Source: Christensenellales bacterium (GTDB taxonomy: Bacteria; Bacillota; Clostridia; Christensenellales; UBA1242). Taken from it: 64,000 nucleotides of DNA. The notes below the pieces were generated by a model. The model was not told where the DNA came from and did not search any database. It saw only the letters and a program-made list of their open reading frames with translations. Shown piece by piece: positions 60,235 through 64,000 of the stretch (positions are counted from its first letter, which is position 1; each line of letters opens with the position of its first letter). The stretch is taken from positions 28,911-92,910 of the forward strand of contig JBJETV010000017.1 in NCBI GenBank assembly GCA_051883495.1. Reading direction: 5' to 3'. The position numbers and the translations under genes are program-made.

Positions 60235-61884
60235 ATGGATAAGAAAGAAAAAATTGATTTTGAACCTGATAGCACAAAACGCAAACCATTAAGACTGTTT
60301 ACAACATTATTTTTGGCATGTCTTTTGGCAATAGCACTGGGGACAGTGTTAAGCCCTTATTTGTCTAATGTTTTGAAAGGCTTATTAACAGGTTGTACTT
60401 CGCTCCTTATTGGTATAGTGATTGCTTTTCTTTTCTCCAAACTTGTAGATTTAATAGAGAATAAACTTCTTAAAAATGTCCTCAAAAACAATCCACATAA
60501 ATATGGAATAAAGAGATTTATTTCTATTGTTATTGTTTTGCTTATAATAATAGGAATATTTGTATTGGTGTTTTCTATACTTGTGCCAAAAATTGTGGAA
60601 ATTGTAAAACAACTAACCACAGGGAATGGCGATGGATGGGAACAAATGGTCAATAGAGTTGTCAATGAAATTTGTGCTCTTATCCAAAATTGGTTTGGTG
60701 CAGATGTTGACCAAGCGTCTATCAAAAATACACTCAACTCTTTGTTTGACTCTTTGAGAACAACAGTGTTGTATATAGATAGCCTACTTGCCATTTCTGT
60801 AAATCTTATTTCGGGCATCTTTAGTTTTGTTATTGGAATATTGATTGCAGTTATGATTTTGCAAGAAAAGGAAAAGATTGCCAGATTTTCAAGAAGATTT
60901 TTGTATGCCAATTTCAAAAAGGAAAGGGCAGATAAAATCACTGTTATGGCTCATAATTCCAGCAAAATTTTGTATAGTTACGCCATTTGCCAACTTATTC
61001 AATTCGTATTATTGTTCATTCCTTTGGGGATAGGTTATTCTATTTTGGGATTGAGTTTTACATGGGAACTTGCATTGATTATTGGCTTATTCAACTTCAT
61101 TCCTTATTTTGGTATTTATATTGGTTGTGTGCCAGCAATGCTCATAACACTGGTGTTCGACTCTATGTCGGCAACAATTTATATGCTTATTGTTACTCTT
61201 GCCATAACTGTAATTGAATTTAATATCCTTTTCCCAATCATTATGGGTAACAAACTAAAACTTAGCCCATTTGTTGTAACAGCTTCTGTTATCATAGGCG
61301 GGGCGATGTTTGGCATTGTAGGAATGTTCCTTGCACCACCAGTAACAGCCCTTATAAGTGTTATTGTGATGGGAAATATAGAATTTAAAGAAAATAAAAT
61401 GAAGTATCTTATGGAACTTCAAGACTTGGAAGAAGAGCGGAAAAAGGACGAAGAAGCAACTCAATCGCAAGTTGTTGTGGCAACTGCTGTGGGAGATAAA
61501 AACACAAAAACTGCAGGAGAGAAATCAAAACAGGCATCAGTCAAATCCCCAAGTAAGAGCAAGTCTAGCATTTCAGGAACAAAAAATAATACAATCACAG
61601 TGCAAGGGGAGAAAGATTTAGCAGTAAAATCTAGCAAGTCTGAAACACAAAAAGTGCAGAAAACCAACAAAAAGGCAACAACTGCCGAAGAGAAAAAAGA
61701 AAATATAGTTGAGAAAATTGTATCCCCAGAGTCATTGGCTAAAAGCAAAACTAAAACAAAAATAGCAGCTGACAATCAATCGACTACAAAGCTAAAGGAT
61801 AACAATTCAACAAACAAAGCTACTGGAGAAAAAGCATCTAGCAAAACTACTAGCAAAGAGACTAAAACAAGTAAGACTAAATAA
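60235..61884 (+). CDS. AI-2E family (PerM/UPF0118) transporter with a C-terminal K/S/T-rich tail of about 170 aa
   Basis: Multi-TM core with the family-typical FNFIPYFGIYIGCVPAMLI. First ATG is at 60235 (the track ORF starts at TTG 60217). The tail EEERKKDEEATQSQ...KTTSKETKTSKTK is low-complexity. Confidence 0.7.
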   Translation: MDKKEKIDFEPDSTKRKPLRLFTTLFLACLLAIALGTVLSPYLSNVLKGLLTGCTSLLIGIVIAFLFSKLVDLIENKLLKNVLKNNPHKYGIKRFISIVIVLLIIIGIFVLVFSILVPKIVEIVKQLTTGNGDGWEQMVNRVVNEICALIQNWFGADVDQASIKNTLNSLFDSLRTTVLYIDSLLAISVNLISGIFSFVIGILIAVMILQEKEKIARFSRRFLYANFKKERADKITVMAHNSSKILYSYAICQLIQFVLLFIPLGIGYSILGLSFTWELALIIGLFNFIPYFGIYIGCVPAMLITLVFDSMSATIYMLIVTLAITVIEFNILFPIIMGNKLKLSPFVVTASVIIGGAMFGIVGMFLAPPVTALISVIVMGNIEFKENKMKYLMELQDLEEERKKDEEATQSQVVVATAVGDKNTKTAGEKSKQASVKSPSKSKSSISGTKNNTITVQGEKDLAVKSSKSETQKVQKTNKKATTAEEKKENIVEKIVSPESLAKSKTKTKIAADNQSTTKLKDNNSTNKATGEKASSKTTSKETKTSKTK

Positions 61885-61928
61885 TAAAACTTAACTAAAA
61901 TTAGTTACAACTGATTTATATTATAATT

Positions 61929-62105
61929 GGTTTAAGTTATCTTCAATTAAAATTATGGTTTATTATAGTCGATTAATACTCTAGTTAATTAGAGTTATGG
62001 TTTATAGATATTATAGTTGATTAATATTGCATTTGGTTTAGACTATATTTGATTAAAATTATAGTATGTTTATATTACAGTTGATTAAAAAATTTTTTCA
62101 ATTAA
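61929..62105. repeat. Degenerate iteron-like repeats (about 5 units, 28-42 bp spacing) in an extremely AT-rich spacer
   Basis: GGTTTA at 61929, 61957, 61999 and 62035 (GTTTA at 62068), each followed by (T/C)(G/A)ATTAA at 61945, 61971, 62019, 62051 and 62083. Best pair: TTATGGTTTAT..TATAGTCGATTAATA (61953-61978) and TTATGGTTTAT......TATAGTTGATTAATA (61995-62026). Confidence 0.6.
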
Positions 62106-62152
62106 TTTTTATATATTAAAGTATTAGATAAATAATAAAATAGGAGGTCAAA

Positions 62153-63139
62153 ATGGAAAATATTTATAGCGCAGTAAAACCTACTGGCAGGCTAACTCTC
62201 GGGCATTTTATAGGAGCAATAAACAACTGGAAGACAATGCAAGACAATTACAACTGTATTTTTGCCATTGCAGACCTTCATTCGCTGACAGTTGCAAACA
62301 AGCCAGAAGATTTAAGGAAAAATACATATCTTCAATATGCAACCTTTCTTGCATGCGGTCTAGACCCAGAAAAAAGTATTATATATTGCCAATCTCACGT
62401 GCATGAGCATGCAGAACTTGCGTGGATTATGAACTGTATGACATATTTTGGAGAAGCAAGCAGAATGACACAATTCAAGGATCACAAGGGTAAAGGCGAA
62501 AATGTTACTGTGGGGTTGTTTGCTTATCCAATGTTGATGGCAGCGGATATTTTGTTATACAACACAGACGTTGTCCCAGTTGGCAAAGACCAACTTCAAC
62601 ATGTAGAGATTTGCAGAGATATTGCAGAAAGATTTAATTCTCGCTACAGCGAAACATTTACTATTCCTCGTGGGGTTATAGGCAAGACAGGCTCAAAAAT
62701 TATGGGGCTTGCAGACCCAACAAAGAAGATGTCCAAAACAGATGACAATGAAAACAATGTGGTGTTTATTGATGACGATGATGACACCATAAGAAGAAAG
62801 TTTAAGCGTGCGGTTACAGATAGTTTGGGTAGAATTAAATTTTGTGAAGAGCAACCTGGAGTGTCCAACCTTTTGACTATTTATTCCATTATGAAGGGAA
62901 TATCTATAAAAGAGGCAGAAGAACATTTTGAGGGGTGTGGATATGGTGAATTGAAGACTCAGACCGCCGAAAGTGTTATCGAAAAACTTACCCCTGTAAG
63001 AAATAAACTGAAAGAACTGCTTGCAGACAAGGACTATTTGGATAAACTTATGAAAGAAGGGGCAGAAAAAGCAAGCGAAATTGCAAGAAAAACCTTGCGA
63101 AAGGTGTATAAAAAAGTGGGCTTGGTGCCTGCAAAATAA
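62153..63139 (+). CDS. trpS: Tryptophan--tRNA ligase
   Basis: 328 aa with RBS AGGAGG. Class-I motifs PTGRLTLGHFIGA (HIGH-like) and KMSKTD (KMSKS). GKDQLQH block. Confidence 0.9.
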   Translation: MENIYSAVKPTGRLTLGHFIGAINNWKTMQDNYNCIFAIADLHSLTVANKPEDLRKNTYLQYATFLACGLDPEKSIIYCQSHVHEHAELAWIMNCMTYFGEASRMTQFKDHKGKGENVTVGLFAYPMLMAADILLYNTDVVPVGKDQLQHVEICRDIAERFNSRYSETFTIPRGVIGKTGSKIMGLADPTKKMSKTDDNENNVVFIDDDDDTIRRKFKRAVTDSLGRIKFCEEQPGVSNLLTIYSIMKGISIKEAEEHFEGCGYGELKTQTAESVIEKLTPVRNKLKELLADKDYLDKLMKEGAEKASEIARKTLRKVYKKVGLVPAK

Positions 63140-63151
63140 TATGAAAAAATT

Positions 63152-63187
63152 ACCGTGGGAAATTTGAAGTTTCTTCACGGTTTTTTC
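63152..63187. terminator. Probable bidirectional terminator between trpS and the minus-strand small ORF
   Basis: ACCGTG...CACGGT stem with partial extension. T6 lies on the + side (63181-63186) and an A-run on the 5' side gives a T-run on the - strand. Confidence 0.55.
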
Positions 63188-63241
63188 TTGTGATTGTAAG
63201 GGAAGGAGTGCTAAAAATTCTTTAGCTAACTTGAAAGGTGC

Positions 63242-63409
63242 TTAAAACACTCTTGAGCCTCTGCAAGGGCAACCACATGATGAGGAATTATTGCCGGCCA
63301 GAGCCAACAGCAAAAGTAAAAGGAAGTTTGTATTGGTGTTGAGGTCTGTGCCGGTTGCAGAAGTAAAAATGGAAATTAAAAGTACCAAAAGCAGATAGTT
63401 TGTGCTCAT
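63242..63409 (-). CDS. Small (55 aa) hydrophobic protein with C-terminal CGCPC motif; not in the ORF track (under 60 aa)
   Basis: Hand translation of the - strand gives MSTNYLLLVLLISIFTSATGTDLNTNTNFLLLLLLALAGNNSSSCGCPCRGSRVF*. GGAGG lies 5 nt before the ATG. It ends at the bidirectional terminator and is divergent from an ArsR-family gene. Confidence 0.45.
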   Translation of the reverse strand: MSTNYLLLVLLISIFTSATGTDLNTNTNFLLLLLLALAGNNSSSCGCPCRGSRVF

Positions 63410-63465
63410 TTTGTCCTCCAAACAACAAAATTATCTTTTTTAGATTCTTTTTTGCCAAATGTCGT

Positions 63466-63479
63466 AACAAATGTTTGTT
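63466..63479. promoter_or_regulatory. Inverted repeat, candidate ArsR-family operator in the divergent spacer
   Basis: AACAAA-TG-TTTGTT (63466-63479), between the small - strand ORF and the ArsR-like gene. Confidence 0.35.
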
Positions 63480-63644
63480 GCTAGTGTATCTTCAAACTGC
63501 TACAATAAAGATACAATCATATTTTAGCCTTTCAAAATGATTTATGTAATGTATTTTGTAGTTGAATGGCTAAAATTTGCACAACAAAACCTTGCAAAAG
63601 AGAAGTTGAAAGATTTTAAGTAGTATATGATATGGAGGGTAGAG

Positions 63645-63992
63645 TTGCGACAAAATTGTGAAGAAAGTTCAGTGGAGTATTTGGAAGATATAAAATGGTT
63701 TTTGCCAAATTCAAAGACTTTTTGTGATATGGCTGATATTTTTGCCATTTATGCCGACCCCACAAGGTTGAAGATTTTGACGGCACTATCGTTAAGGGAT
63801 ATGTGTGTTGGCGACCTAGCGACAGTCCTAAATCTCAATCAAACAACACTTAGTCATCAACTGCGATTATTGAAAAATTGCAGTGCGGTCAAAAACTTCC
63901 GTAGTGGCAAAAGCATTGTGTATAGCCTTGCAGGAAGTGGGATAGAAAACCTTATGAGTGATGTTTCGTGTATGATAAACCAGTCAAAATAA
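63645..63992 (+). CDS. ArsR/SmtB-family (CadC-like) metalloregulator
   Basis: Winged-HTH core ADPTRLKILTALSLRDMCVGDLATVLNLNQTTLSHQLRLLKNCSAVKNFRSGKSIVYSL. Cys in the alpha3 position (MCVGDL) plus N-terminal Cys residues. TTG at 63645 has GGAGGG 5 nt upstream. Alternative starts are ATG 63627 (track) and ATG 63729. Confidence 0.7.
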   Translation: MRQNCEESSVEYLEDIKWFLPNSKTFCDMADIFAIYADPTRLKILTALSLRDMCVGDLATVLNLNQTTLSHQLRLLKNCSAVKNFRSGKSIVYSLAGSGIENLMSDVSCMINQSK

Positions 63993-64000
63993 CAAAAAAT

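Noticed and set aside
61885-62152. T-box riboswitch or TRAP-type (G/U)AG repeat site upstream of trpS.
   Set aside because: No T-box consensus (GGUGGUACCGCG-like) and no specifier or antiterminator architecture is visible. TAG triplets are present but irregularly spaced rather than in the 2-3 nt spacing TRAP needs.
63288-63470. 60-aa minus-strand track ORF (MLRHLAKKNL...).
   Set aside because: It has no RBS and an implausible sequence. It overlaps, in another frame, the 55-codon ORF (63242-63409) that has a GGAGG RBS and clear hydrophobic segments.

Overview
This 64-kb window comes from an AT-rich Firmicutes chromosome, probably Clostridia-like. A sporulation background is indicated by spoIIID and a SpoIIQ-like M23 peptidase. 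All confident genes except one small ORF lie on the + strand.

Layout:
- 0-3.7 kb: a flippase-like membrane protein, a very AT-rich orphan ORF, an M23/LytM peptidase, an acyl carrier protein and spoIIID.
- 4.1-46.2 kb: two tandem giant lipoprotein genes of 8104 aa and 5777 aa. Together they hold 41.6 kb of coding DNA, about 65% of the window. They are built from Ig-like domains and many GLUG-type (GG[LIV][VIA]G) beta-helix cassettes. The 455-bp spacer between them carries a GC hairpin, an 11-unit 12-bp tandem repeat and TTGCAAAA palindromes.
- 46.7-60.0 kb: rpoB-rpoC, then two small inserted genes (an unknown 92-aa protein and an orphan HicB-like protein), then rpsL-rpsG-fusA-tuf.
- 60.2-64 kb: an AI-2E-type permease with a long K/S/T-rich tail, trpS, a 55-codon Cys-rich membrane ORF on the - strand that is absent from the ORF track, and a divergent ArsR/CadC-like regulator.

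I recognised no rRNA, tRNA, CRISPR array, transposase or integrase.

The main candidate for something new is the giant gene pair, its repeat-laden control regions, and its position where rplJ-rplL would normally precede rpoB. All family assignments come from motifs read by eye. No HMM or BLAST search was possible, and cassette boundaries inside the giant genes are approximate.
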